From Candidatus Eiseniibacteriota bacterium (GTDB lineage Bacteria > Eisenbacteria > RBG-16-71-46 > DASYSL01), in assembly GCA_031431875.1 (NCBI GenBank), contig JANPEF010000049.1, forward strand, positions 1 to 59,118: a stretch of DNA of 59,118 bases, read 5' to 3'. Position numbers and translations under genes: made by a program. Shown piece after piece: positions 35,879 to 47,083 of the stretch. Numbering within the stretch: position 1 is the stretch's first letter; each line of letters begins with the position of its first letter. The notes beneath the pieces are model-generated. The model searched no databases. It was not told the DNA's origin and saw only the letters and a list, made by a program, of their open reading frames with translations.

Positions 35879-35944
35879 TGTGCAACGATTGCGGTCGTTG
35901 CCGCGCCCTGACCCTTGTCCCATTCCTTGCAGGATCACCCGCCC

Positions 35945-38440
35945 ATGTCCCCATTCCACCCCGCCCGCATGCCTGGTGCGCTCGTGCTCGCCTGCGCGTT
36001 CGTTGCCGGGCTCGCCTGCGCCGCCCTGGCCCAGCCCGCGGACGCCTCGCCCGCCCGCCGCCTCACCGGCGAGCAGGGCGACCCCATCGGGCGCACCCTG
36101 CTCATCGAGTCGCGGCTCACCGGCCTCCACCTCGACGCCTTCGTCGACGGGTTTCGCCAGCCGGGCGACGATGCGCCGCAGGGCGCCGTGGCCCCGGCCT
36201 TCGACTTCGCCGCCGCCCCGTTTGCGGGTCTCACGGTGGAAGGGCCGTGGAGCCCGCTGCCGCCGCCGGCACGCTGGGTGCATTCCACGATCTACGACCC
36301 CGTGCGCGATCGCATGATCGTGTTCGGCGGCCAGGGCTACTCCGGCTCGACCAACGAGGTGTGGGCGCTCAGCCTCTCGGGAATCCCGCGCTGGACGAGA
36401 CTCTCCACCTCGGGAGCCTCGCCGTCGGCGCGCGCGTTCCACAGCGCGGTGTTCGACTCGCTGCTCGACCGGATGATCGTCTTCGGCGGCAATGACGGCT
36501 CGCCGCGCAACGACGTCTGGGCGCTCTCGTTCGCCGGCAGCCCGACCTGGTCGCAGCTCGGCCCCACGGGCACGCCGCCGTCACCGCGCGCGTGGCACGC
36601 CGCGGTCGTCGATCGCGCGCGCAACCGGATGATCGTGCATGGCGGGCAGGTCAACGGGACCGGGCTCGCCGACACCTGGGCGCTGTCGCTCGGCGCGACG
36701 CCGGCGTGGACGCAGCTCGCGACCGCCGGCGCCGGCCCGGGCGCGCGCTCGGCGCACGCCGTGGCGCTCGATGCGCTGGGCGATCGCCTGATCGTGTTCG
36801 CCGGCATCGATGCGGCCGGCCAGGCCACGGCGACGGCGTGGACGCTGTCGCTCGGGGGGACACCCACATGGGCCGCACTCACGCCGACCGGGACGCCCCC
36901 GGGTGCGCGCTACGGCGCGAGCGGGACCTACGACCGCCTGCGACGACGCGCGATCTTCTTCGGCGGCGGCGTCGGCGCCCCGAATACGAACGAGACGTGG
37001 GCGCTCACGCTCGAGGGCACGCCCGCGTGGACACTGCTCCCCTCGTCGAACGCACCGCAGGGTCGCCAGTTCCACACCGCCGCCTACGATCCGTTCGGTG
37101 ATCGACTGCTGGTCTACGGCGGATCGTCCGGTCCCGTGCTCTCGGATACCTGGGCGCTGCCGCTCTCGTCGCCCGGCTCGGCGTGGATTCCGCTGTCGGG
37201 GACGCGGCGCAAGGGCCATACGGCCGTGCTCGACACCGCGCGCCGGCGCATGGTGATCTTCGGCGGCGAGAACTCGACGCAGCTCAACGACCTCTGGGAG
37301 CTGGGGCTCGGCGCGGGCTCGACGTGGGCGCGACTCAATCCCGCCGGGACGCCGCCCTCGGCGCGCGCGCTGCACACGGCGATCTACGATGACCGACGGG
37401 ATCGCATGATGGTCTTCGGCGGACGCGGCGGGCCGCCGACCAATGACCTCTGGGAGCTGACGCTGTCGGGCTCGCTCGAGTGGCGCCTCGTCGAGGCGGC
37501 GGGGACGCCCCCGCCACCGCGCTTCGACCATGTCGCGGTCCTCGACGCGTCGCGCTATCGCATCCTCGTCTTCGGCGGGATGGACGCCGGCGGCTCGTTC
37601 AACGACGCCTGGGCACTCTCGCTCGCTGGCACGCCGACGTGGAGCCTGCTCGCGACCACCGGCAACCGGCCGCCGGCTCGCGGCGGCGCGCAGGCGATCT
37701 TCGACACGGTGCGCGACCGGATCGTCGTCTTCGGCGGCTACACGCAGAACTTCACGCCCCTCGGCGACGTCTGGCAGCTCTCGTTCACGAACGGCCCGGT
37801 GTGGTCCGCGCTCACGCCCACGGGCACGGCCCCGGTCCCCCGCTTCGCCGGCGCGACGTCGTACGACACGACGCGCGATCGCATGCTGGTGGCCAGCGGA
37901 ACCGACTTCGTCAACTTCCACGACGAGACCTGGGCGCTGCAGTTCACGGGTTTCGGCACGTCGGCGAGCTGGAGCCGCCTGTCGGGGCCCGGCCAGGGAC
38001 CGACCTCGCGCTCCGACCACAAGTCGGTCTACGACGTGGACTCCGATCGGCTCGTCTCGTTCGGCGGCTTCAACCTCAACGGCGTGCTGCACGACACGTG
38101 GGAGATGGACTTCACGGCGGTGGTCGGCGTGCCGGGCGGGGATGTGCCGACGGCCGGCACGGGCGGGTTGACGCTGGCGCTGGCCGGCGCGAACCCGGCG
38201 CGCGGCGCGGCGCGCTTCGAGTGCACGCTGCCGACAACGGGACCGCTCGCGCTCGAGCTGGTCGACGCGCGGGGGCGTGCCGTGCGAACCGTGGCCGCGG
38301 GGTCGTTCGCGGCCGGGCGGCATGCGTTCGCGTGGGATGGGCGCGACATGGCCGGACGCCGGGCGGCGGCCGGGATCTACTTCGCGCGCGTGCGACAGGG
38401 CGCCGCCGAGGCGCGGGCGAAGGTGGTCTGGCTGCCTTAG
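35945..38440 (+). CDS. Secreted Kelch-repeat protein (about 12 repeats) with FlgD/T9SS-like C-terminal domain
   Basis: Signal peptide. Repeats P.AR..H.A..D..RDRMIVFGG.....ND.WAL.L...P.W. C-terminal NP..F..LP..LELVDARGR.VR..WDGRD..G...AAGIYFARV. Confidence 0.88.
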   Translation: MSPFHPARMPGALVLACAFVAGLACAALAQPADASPARRLTGEQGDPIGRTLLIESRLTGLHLDAFVDGFRQPGDDAPQGAVAPAFDFAAAPFAGLTVEGPWSPLPPPARWVHSTIYDPVRDRMIVFGGQGYSGSTNEVWALSLSGIPRWTRLSTSGASPSARAFHSAVFDSLLDRMIVFGGNDGSPRNDVWALSFAGSPTWSQLGPTGTPPSPRAWHAAVVDRARNRMIVHGGQVNGTGLADTWALSLGATPAWTQLATAGAGPGARSAHAVALDALGDRLIVFAGIDAAGQATATAWTLSLGGTPTWAALTPTGTPPGARYGASGTYDRLRRRAIFFGGGVGAPNTNETWALTLEGTPAWTLLPSSNAPQGRQFHTAAYDPFGDRLLVYGGSSGPVLSDTWALPLSSPGSAWIPLSGTRRKGHTAVLDTARRRMVIFGGENSTQLNDLWELGLGAGSTWARLNPAGTPPSARALHTAIYDDRRDRMMVFGGRGGPPTNDLWELTLSGSLEWRLVEAAGTPPPPRFDHVAVLDASRYRILVFGGMDAGGSFNDAWALSLAGTPTWSLLATTGNRPPARGGAQAIFDTVRDRIVVFGGYTQNFTPLGDVWQLSFTNGPVWSALTPTGTAPVPRFAGATSYDTTRDRMLVASGTDFVNFHDETWALQFTGFGTSASWSRLSGPGQGPTSRSDHKSVYDVDSDRLVSFGGFNLNGVLHDTWEMDFTAVVGVPGGDVPTAGTGGLTLALAGANPARGAARFECTLPTTGPLALELVDARGRAVRTVAAGSFAAGRHAFAWDGRDMAGRRAAAGIYFARVRQGAAEARAKVVWLP

Positions 38441-38447
38441 CGGGGCG

Positions 38448-39008
38448 CTACAGCATGCCCAGTTGCAGCCGCGCCGCCTCGGACATCATCTCGCGCTCCC
38501 ACAGCGGTTCCCACACGATGTTCACCTGCACCTCGCGCACGCCGGGCACGGCGTGCAGCTTCTCCTCGACGTCCTGCTTCAGGAACTCGCCCATGCCGCA
38601 GCCGGGCGCGGTCATCGTCATGTCGATCTCGATGCGGTTGCCGCCGGCGGGCAACGGCACCGCCTCGCAGCGATAGACCAGCCCCAGGTCGACGATGTTC
38701 ACCGGGATCTCGGGATCGTAGACCGTGCGCAGCTGGTCGTTGACCAGGGTCTCGTCGACCGGGCCGTCAGTCACGGTGACCGGCACGGCCAGGCGCGGAT
38801 CGACCACGCGGACATCCTTGCCGAGGGCGTCGGCATCGCGTCCGTCGATGCGGAACAGGTAGCCGTCGACGGTCATGACCGTGTAGTTGCCGCCCAGCGT
38901 CTGGGTGAGCAGGACGTGGGTGCCGGCCGGCAGCAGGGACCGCGTTCCGGCGGGGATCTCGACGACTTCGACGTCGCGGATCAGGGCGATCGGTTCGCTC
39001 TCGCGCAT
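38448..39008 (-). CDS. sufT: Fe-S assembly protein SufT (DUF59)
   Basis: TQTLGGNYTV..RIDG.DADALG, YDPEIPVNIVDLGLVY, TAPGCGMG, W...MMSEAARLQLGM. Confidence 0.93.
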   Translation of the reverse strand: MRESEPIALIRDVEVVEIPAGTRSLLPAGTHVLLTQTLGGNYTVMTVDGYLFRIDGRDADALGKDVRVVDPRLAVPVTVTDGPVDETLVNDQLRTVYDPEIPVNIVDLGLVYRCEAVPLPAGGNRIEIDMTMTAPGCGMGEFLKQDVEEKLHAVPGVREVQVNIVWEPLWEREMMSEAARLQLGML

Positions 39009-39015
39009 GAAGTTG

Positions 39016-39462
39016 CTACTCCGTGGTGACGGCGGCGCCGCGGCCGGCGAGCGCCGCGCGCAACGTGTGCCAGGCGAGGCTCGCGCACTTGACGCGCGCC
39101 GGGAACTCGACGACACCGGCGAAGACGTCGAGCTTGCCGCCCGCCGCTTCGGTCGAATCGCCCTGGCCGGTGACGAGGGCGTGAAAGCTGGCGAACAGGC
39201 GCTCGGTCTCGGTGGTGGTCCGGCCCTTCACCGCCTGGGTCATGAGCGAGGCCGAGGCCTTGCTGATGGCACAACCGTCGCCGGTGAACGACACGTCGGT
39301 GACGATCTCGCCATCGGTCTTCACGTAGACGTGGACCTTGTCGCCGCACAGCGGGTTGTACCCGTCGGCATCGCCCGAGGCGCCTTCGATCGCGCGGAAG
39401 TTCCGCGGCTGGCGGCCGTGGTCGAGGATCAATTCCTGGTAGAGGTCGCGCAGGTCGCTCAC
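39016..39462 (-). CDS. sufU: SufU (NifU-like) sulfur-transfer protein
   Basis: LYQELILDH..PRN, NPLCGD, GCAISKASAS, RVKCA.L.W. Confidence 0.94.
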   Translation of the reverse strand: MSDLRDLYQELILDHGRQPRNFRAIEGASGDADGYNPLCGDKVHVYVKTDGEIVTDVSFTGDGCAISKASASLMTQAVKGRTTTETERLFASFHALVTGQGDSTEAAGGKLDVFAGVVEFPARVKCASLAWHTLRAALAGRGAAVTTE

Positions 39463-39469
39463 GGGCGGC

Positions 39470-40732
39470 TCACGCGGGGAACAGTGCGCGCACCCGCGCC
39501 AGCCCGGCGACGAGCGCATCGAGGTCGGTGCGCAGGTTGTACAGCGCCAGGGATGCGCGCGCGGTGGCCGGGATCCCGAAGCGATCCATGACCGGCTGAG
39601 CGCAATGATGCCCGGTGCGGATCGCGATCCCCTCGCCGTCGAGGATCGTGCCGACGTCGTGCGGGTGCACGCCCGCGAGCGTGAACGACAGCACGCTCGC
39701 CTTGGCGACGGCGGTGCCGACCAGGCGCAGCCCCGGAACGGCGGACAGGGCCGCGGTGCCGTAGGCCAGCAGGTCGTGCTCGTAGGCGGCGACCTGCGCC
39801 AGGTCCTGTGCGCTCAGCCAGTCGAGCGCCGCGGCCAGGCCGATCGCGCCGGCGATGTTCGGCGTCCCCGCCTCGAACTTGTAGGGCACGCGGTTCCACG
39901 TCGTCTTCTCGAACGTGACCGAGGCGATCATGTCGCCCCCGCCCTGCCACGGGATCATCGCCTCCAGGTGCTCGCGGCGGGCGTACAGCGCGCCGATCCC
40001 GGTCGGGCCGAACACCTTGTGCCCCGAGAACGCGTAGAAGTCGCAGCCCAGTGCCTGCACGTCGACCGGCAGGTGCGGCGCGGCCTGCGCGCCGTCGACC
40101 AGCACCGGAATGCCGTGCGCGTGCGCGAGGGCGGTGAACGCGGCGACCGGCAGGATCGTGCCGAGCGCGTTCGAGACGTGCGCCATGGCGAGGAAGCGCG
40201 CCCGCGGCGAAGCCAGCAGGCGCTCGAGGACGGCGGCATCGACGTCGCCGCGGTCGTCGATCGGCGCGACCCTGAGCACCGCCCCGGTCCGTTCGCACAG
40301 CAGCTGCCACGGCACGATGTTCGAGTGGTGCTCGAGGTGCGTGATCACGATCTCGTCGCCGGGGGTGAGCCGCGGGCCGACGAACGAGTGCGCGACCAGG
40401 TTCACCGCCTCGGTGGTGCCGCGCACGAAGACGATCTCGTCGTCCCCGGCCGCATGGACGAAACGGCGCACGGCGCCGCGCGCGGCCTCGTAGCGACGGG
40501 TCGCCTCCTCGGACAGGAAGTGGACGCCACGGTGCACGTTGGCGTTCGCCGTCGTGTAGTAGTCGCGTTCGGCGTCGAGCACGGCCAGCGGCTTCTGCGC
40601 CGTCGCGGCGTTGTCGAGGTAGACCAGCGGCTTGCCGTGCACGGTCGTGGCCAGGATGGGACACTGGGCGCGAACCGCCGCGGGATCGAAGGGCACGGCG
40701 GCGCGGGACGGTGTGTGCAAGGCGGCGCTCAT
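39470..40732 (-). CDS. sufS: Cysteine desulfurase SufS
   Basis: YLDNAATAQKP, EHHSNIVPW, DGAQ, FSGHK, FEAGTP, RTGHHCAQP. Confidence 0.96.
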   Translation of the reverse strand: MSAALHTPSRAAVPFDPAAVRAQCPILATTVHGKPLVYLDNAATAQKPLAVLDAERDYYTTANANVHRGVHFLSEEATRRYEAARGAVRRFVHAAGDDEIVFVRGTTEAVNLVAHSFVGPRLTPGDEIVITHLEHHSNIVPWQLLCERTGAVLRVAPIDDRGDVDAAVLERLLASPRARFLAMAHVSNALGTILPVAAFTALAHAHGIPVLVDGAQAAPHLPVDVQALGCDFYAFSGHKVFGPTGIGALYARREHLEAMIPWQGGGDMIASVTFEKTTWNRVPYKFEAGTPNIAGAIGLAAALDWLSAQDLAQVAAYEHDLLAYGTAALSAVPGLRLVGTAVAKASVLSFTLAGVHPHDVGTILDGEGIAIRTGHHCAQPVMDRFGIPATARASLALYNLRTDLDALVAGLARVRALFPA

Positions 40733-41993
40733 GCGACCTCCGTACCGACGCGGTCCATGCGCTCGCCGATCCACGCCCCGATCTCGGCACGCAGGCCGTC
40801 ATGCTCGACGCGGTCGACCAGCTCGCCGGCGAACGCGCGGACGAGCAGCGCGCGGGCCTCGTTCGCGCCGATGCCGCGGGCGCGCAGGTAGAACAGCGCA
40901 TCGTCGTCGAGTCGGCCGACGGTGGCACCGTGACCGCACTTCACGTCGTCGGCGTAGATCTGGAGCTCGGGCTTGGTGTCGATCGTCGCGTCGTTCGACA
41001 GGAGCAGGTTCATGCTGCGCTGGTTCGAGTCGCTCTTCTGCGCGTCGGTGCGGATCAGGACGGCGCCGTTGAACACGCCGTGCCCCGCGCCGGTGAGCAC
41101 ACCCTTGTAGTACTCGCGGCTGGTGCAGCGCGCCGCGGCGTGATCGAGGATGGTGTGGTGATCGACGACCTGGTTCCCCGTGACCGTGAACAGCCCGTCG
41201 AGGTGTGCCTCGCCGCCCTCGCCCGCGAAGAGGACGCGCAGGTCGTCGCGCACGATCGGGCCGCCCGGCGCGAAGGTGCGCGCCGTGAAGCGGGCGTCGC
41301 GTGCCAGTCGCACGGCGGCCAGGCCCACGTGGAAGCCCTGCGCCCGCTCGCCCACCAGGCGGACGAGCGTGCAGGTCGCCCCGGCGGCGAGCACCACCTC
41401 GGTGACCGCGTTGGTGAACTCGTCGCCGGAGGTGAGCCCGCGGAAGTCCTCGACCACCGTCACCGTGGCGCCGGCGCCCACTTCGAGGAGCACGCGCGGG
41501 GTGACCACGATGCGCGCCTCCCCCGAGCGGATGCCGCGGCCGTGGGCGATCACCACGGGCGCGGCGATCGCGGCGCCGTCGGCGACGCGCACGTGCACGC
41601 CGGCGGTGGCCCGAGCGGTGTTGTGCAGCACGAATGAATGTGTCGCAGCGTCGGCGGGCGCGATCGTGCCGTAGGCGTCGGGCAGGGATGTGGTGTCGTC
41701 GGCCGGCAAGGCGGTGATGGCGAGGCCCGGCGCGGCAACGGGTGTGACGAGGCGGCCGTCGACGGTGGCGACCGCGTGGCGGGACCAGGCAGGTGCTGCC
41801 GTGGTGGCGGGTACGAACACCGTCGGCTCCGCCGTATAGGGCTCCGCCGTACACCAGGCCACGCGCGTGATCGCCGCCGGGTTGGTGAAGCGCCACTCCT
41901 CGAGCTTCACCGTCGGCAGCCCGAGCTCGGCGAGCCGGGCGGCGGCCTGGGCGCGCAGCGTGGGAGCGGTGCGCGCGGTGGCGGTCGCCTGCG

Positions 41994-41997
<4 letters not shown>
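40729..41997 (-). CDS. sufD: Fe-S cluster assembly protein SufD
   Basis: LPT.K.EEWRFT, FTNAVTEV, AQKSDS.Q..NLLLS, TKPELQIYADDVKCGHGATVG. Confidence 0.94.
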
Positions 41998-42785
<788 letters not shown>

Positions 42786-42836
42786 GAACGACGATTCCTT
42801 TCCCGGGGCCCCGCGCCTGGCGGGGCGACTGGACCC

Positions 42837-44278
<1,442 letters not shown>

Positions 44279-44282
<4 letters not shown>

Positions 44283-44758
44283 GACCGGCTCTCGGCGGAG
44301 GACGGAAGACGAATCTGGAGCCACGCGCTCAGCGCGGGCTCGGAGCGGACCAGGGACTTGAGCGACACCTTGCCCAGCGCGTCGTGGACGAGCCGATCGA
44401 GGGTGACCAGCACCGGACGAATCGAGCAGTTGCTCTCGTGCATGCAGCGGCCCCCCTCGGCGGCGTTGGCACTGTGGTTCTCGCAGAACTCCGTGTCGTA
44501 GAGGCGGCCGCCGAGCGCGATCAAGGCCGCGGACAGGTTGATCTCCTCGGCGCTGCGGACGAGCGCGTACCCGCCGTCGCGGCCGCGGGTGGCGACGACG
44601 AGCCCACTGCGCCGAAGGATGCCGAGGACCTTGGCCACGTACGCGGGGGTGAGCCCTTCGGCCTTCGCCACCTCCTGAATGGTCGAGGCGCCGTCGGAGT
44701 GGCGAGCCAGCTGTACCAGGCAGCGCAGCCCGATCTCTTCCTGCGAGGAGAGCTTCAT
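44279..44758 (-). CDS. Rrf2 family (IscR-like) transcriptional regulator
   Basis: wHTH with RG..GGY.L and three Cys (FC..RC.....C). Heads the suf operon. Confidence 0.9.
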
Positions 44759-44764
44759 GCCCGG

Positions 44765-44797
44765 ATTCTGGAGAAAGTAGACGGATTAGTCAAGTTT
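44765..44797 (-). promoter_or_regulatory. suf operon promoter with overlapping imperfect palindrome (candidate Rrf2 operator)
   Basis: Minus strand TTGACT-N17-CAGAAT, 6 nt before the ATG. Palindrome AAAGTAGAC-N6-GTCAAGTTT at 44774-44797. Confidence 0.65.
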
Positions 44798-44949
44798 CAG
44801 AGCCAGACCGGCCGTCGGGCCCGCGGTGCGGCCCGAGATTGCTCCCCAAGACCTTGTCCTGATGGACGTTGACCGCTGACCCGGCCGCCGGCCGGAACGA
44901 GCCCAAGGGGGCCCGGGGCCGACCACCTCGGCACCGGCCCGGAAGCGGA

Positions 44950-45615
44950 TCAATCCTGGCTGCGCGTCGGCTTGCCGGGGCCTGCGCTTCGCGCGGAAGG
45001 CACGGTCCGGCGCATGACCGCTCGGGTCTTCGAGGGGCGCGCGACCTCCTTGAAGCCGGCCTTCGCGAACGCGGCGATCGTGCCGTGGAATGCGGTCACG
45101 TCGGCCCACGCCCCCGTCGTTCCCGCCGTCGGGTAGCCCTCGAGGATCCGCCCGCCGAGCGCGGCCACATGCCTCGCCGCGGCGTTGAGCAGCGCGACCG
45201 TCACGCCGCGGCGACGATGCGCGCGGGCCACGAAGAAGCAGGTCACCGACCACACGGGACGATCGTCGATGGGTTTTGCGATGCGCGAGCGGGCGAGGCC
45301 GGCGTAGTCCTCGCGCGGGGCAAGCGCGCACCAGCCGACGGGCACGTCGCCGTCGTAGGCGAGCAGGCCGGGGATGGCACCGCGGCGCACGAGTGCCCTC
45401 ATGGCGCGCTTGTTGCCGGCACCCTCGTCGGCGCAACCGGTGGTGTACTCCTTGCGCGGCAGGCGAAAGAACATGCACCAACAGCCGCCGTACGCGCCGC
45501 GCGGGCCGAACAGGGCCGCAAAGTCGGACCAGCGCTCTGGCGTCAGCGGGTGGACGGCGAGGCGCAGACGCGCGGCAACGGTTACCGGGACGGTTGTGGT
45601 CGATGCGCGTGGCAT
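44950..45615 (-). CDS. GNAT family N-acetyltransferase
   Basis: LFG..G...GCWCM, GLLAY....VGWC, WSVTCFFV...R.RGV..ALL, LEGYP, F.KAGF. Confidence 0.88.
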   Translation of the reverse strand: MPRASTTTVPVTVAARLRLAVHPLTPERWSDFAALFGPRGAYGGCWCMFFRLPRKEYTTGCADEGAGNKRAMRALVRRGAIPGLLAYDGDVPVGWCALAPREDYAGLARSRIAKPIDDRPVWSVTCFFVARAHRRRGVTVALLNAAARHVAALGGRILEGYPTAGTTGAWADVTAFHGTIAAFAKAGFKEVARPSKTRAVMRRTVPSARSAGPGKPTRSQD

Positions 45616-45684
45616 GGCCCACGAGAATATCCGATCGGCGCGGAGATGAGTAGCGCGGGGGGTTCCCGCGCCGATCGCCCTTCC

Positions 45685-46107
45685 TCAGGTCTTCTTCTGC
45701 ACCCGGAAGTTGAGCGTCCCGTTGACGTTGGTCAGCGTCACGCGGATCGTCCAGGCTCCCGCCAGCCCGGCCGCGCTGGCCAGGGATCCGCCCTCGGTCA
45801 GGTTCCGCGTGTAGACCTGGCTGCCCGTCGAGTCGCTCAGAGTCAACGTCGCGGTCCCCGCCGTGATGCTGCTCGACTGGTCCACGTTCGCCTGGACACC
45901 CGTGTTCCGCCACGAATAGCTGAGGACCTGCGTGACGTTCGTCACGTTCGTGGCCTGGAACTGGAAGCTGTCGATGTTGTTCGTCACCTCCGGCTGGAAT
46001 GCCGGGTTGATGACGTTGGTGTTGTTGTCACTGCAGCCGACGCCGAGCGCCAGCACGACAACGATGAGTGCCGAAGCGGCGATCTGGTGCATGCGGTCAA
46101 TCTTCAC
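45685..46107 (-). CDS. Small Asn/Thr-rich lipoprotein, hypothetical
   Basis: AAGGAGG then GTG at 46107. Lipobox-like GVG-C after a hydrophobic stretch. Beta-rich mature part ending G.W.I.V...NG.LNF.V. Confidence 0.72.
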   Translation of the reverse strand: MKIDRMHQIAASALIVVVLALGVGCSDNNTNVINPAFQPEVTNNIDSFQFQATNVTNVTQVLSYSWRNTGVQANVDQSSSITAGTATLTLSDSTGSQVYTRNLTEGGSLASAAGLAGAWTIRVTLTNVNGTLNFRVQKKT

Positions 46108-47083
46108 GGATGCCTCCTTGCGCTGCGAACCCGAAGGCCCGCTCCGCGGTGAGTTCGAGCAGGCGGGCCCAATGCTCCGCCTGTGCAGCGTCCCCGGCGG
46201 GCAGGGGCACCCACTCGGGGTTACGATAGGCCGCGGCCGCCACCGCGCGGTCACGCGCCAGTGCCGCGAGACGCAGGCAAGCCGCAGCTTCCCACGCGCC
46301 GACGACCCGGCGGCGCGCGCGCCCGCCGGCCTCGCGGTAGGCGGCAACAACCGCGGCCCGATGCGGCGGCTCGAGCGCTCCGACCTCGTCCTCGCGGCGC
46401 AGGGCGCGCAGGCGTTCGTGCGCCAGCAGGTTGCCGAGATCGAGACCCGCCGGCGCGTGACTTGCCTGGTCCCAGTCGACCCAGTGACGGGCGTCGTCGG
46501 GGCGCTCGGGATCGAGCAGCACCTGCTCTTCGTTGAGATCGCGGTGCGCGGGCACGCGCGGACCCTCACCGTGCTTGGCCAGGGCGCGCGCCAACGGCAT
46601 CGCGAGGGCGGGCCACGGGCGACCGCTCCCCGACCATAGCCGGGCCAGGTTCTCGATTTCGCGGGCGGCGCTCCATTCACGATCCGGCCAGCGCGCGGCC
46701 GCCACGGGATCGGCTTCGAGCACGGCGAGCGCGCGCGCGACGCCACACAGGCCGCGCCGGCGCGCCTCACCGTCGGGCAGGCGCGACAGCGCGAGGCCCG
46801 GAAAGGCCTCGATCTCGATCCACCCGGCCGCCATGTCGACGTCCGTGATGGCCGGAGCACGCGGCCCGGCCCACACCGGATCGCGACCGGCGACAAGCGC
46901 GCTGTGCAACGCCAGGTAGCGCTCGTGCAGCCGGCGCGTGCGCTCGGGGTCGGTGCGCTTGCGCACGCGACCGTCGATGATCGCTCGACCGAACGCGGTC
47001 TCCGCCATCCGGCCATGGAACTCGACGCAGCGCCGTCCCGGGCGATTCTTGAGCACGTGGCGCTCCACCGGGGCCGCGCTCAT
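46097..47083 (-). CDS. Aminoglycoside-phosphotransferase-like kinase
   Basis: RPGRRCV N-terminus, HRDLNEEQVL catalytic loop, WVDWD, A.LDLGNLLAH. ATGA overlap with the ABC gene. Confidence 0.75.
   Translation of the reverse strand: MSAAPVERHVLKNRPGRRCVEFHGRMAETAFGRAIIDGRVRKRTDPERTRRLHERYLALHSALVAGRDPVWAGPRAPAITDVDMAAGWIEIEAFPGLALSRLPDGEARRRGLCGVARALAVLEADPVAAARWPDREWSAAREIENLARLWSGSGRPWPALAMPLARALAKHGEGPRVPAHRDLNEEQVLLDPERPDDARHWVDWDQASHAPAGLDLGNLLAHERLRALRREDEVGALEPPHRAAVVAAYREAGGRARRRVVGAWEAAACLRLAALARDRAVAAAAYRNPEWVPLPAGDAAQAEHWARLLELTAERAFGFAAQGGIRED

Noticed and set aside
36240..38110. Regularly spaced DNA repeats as a possible CRISPR array
   Set aside because: They are degenerate in-frame Kelch repeats with no identical repeat-spacer structure. 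The same applies to the PQQ repeats at about 53500-54480.
46097..47083. Antibiotic-resistance call for the APH-like gene
   Set aside because: Only fold-level motifs are present, and the biosynthetic operon context argues against it.
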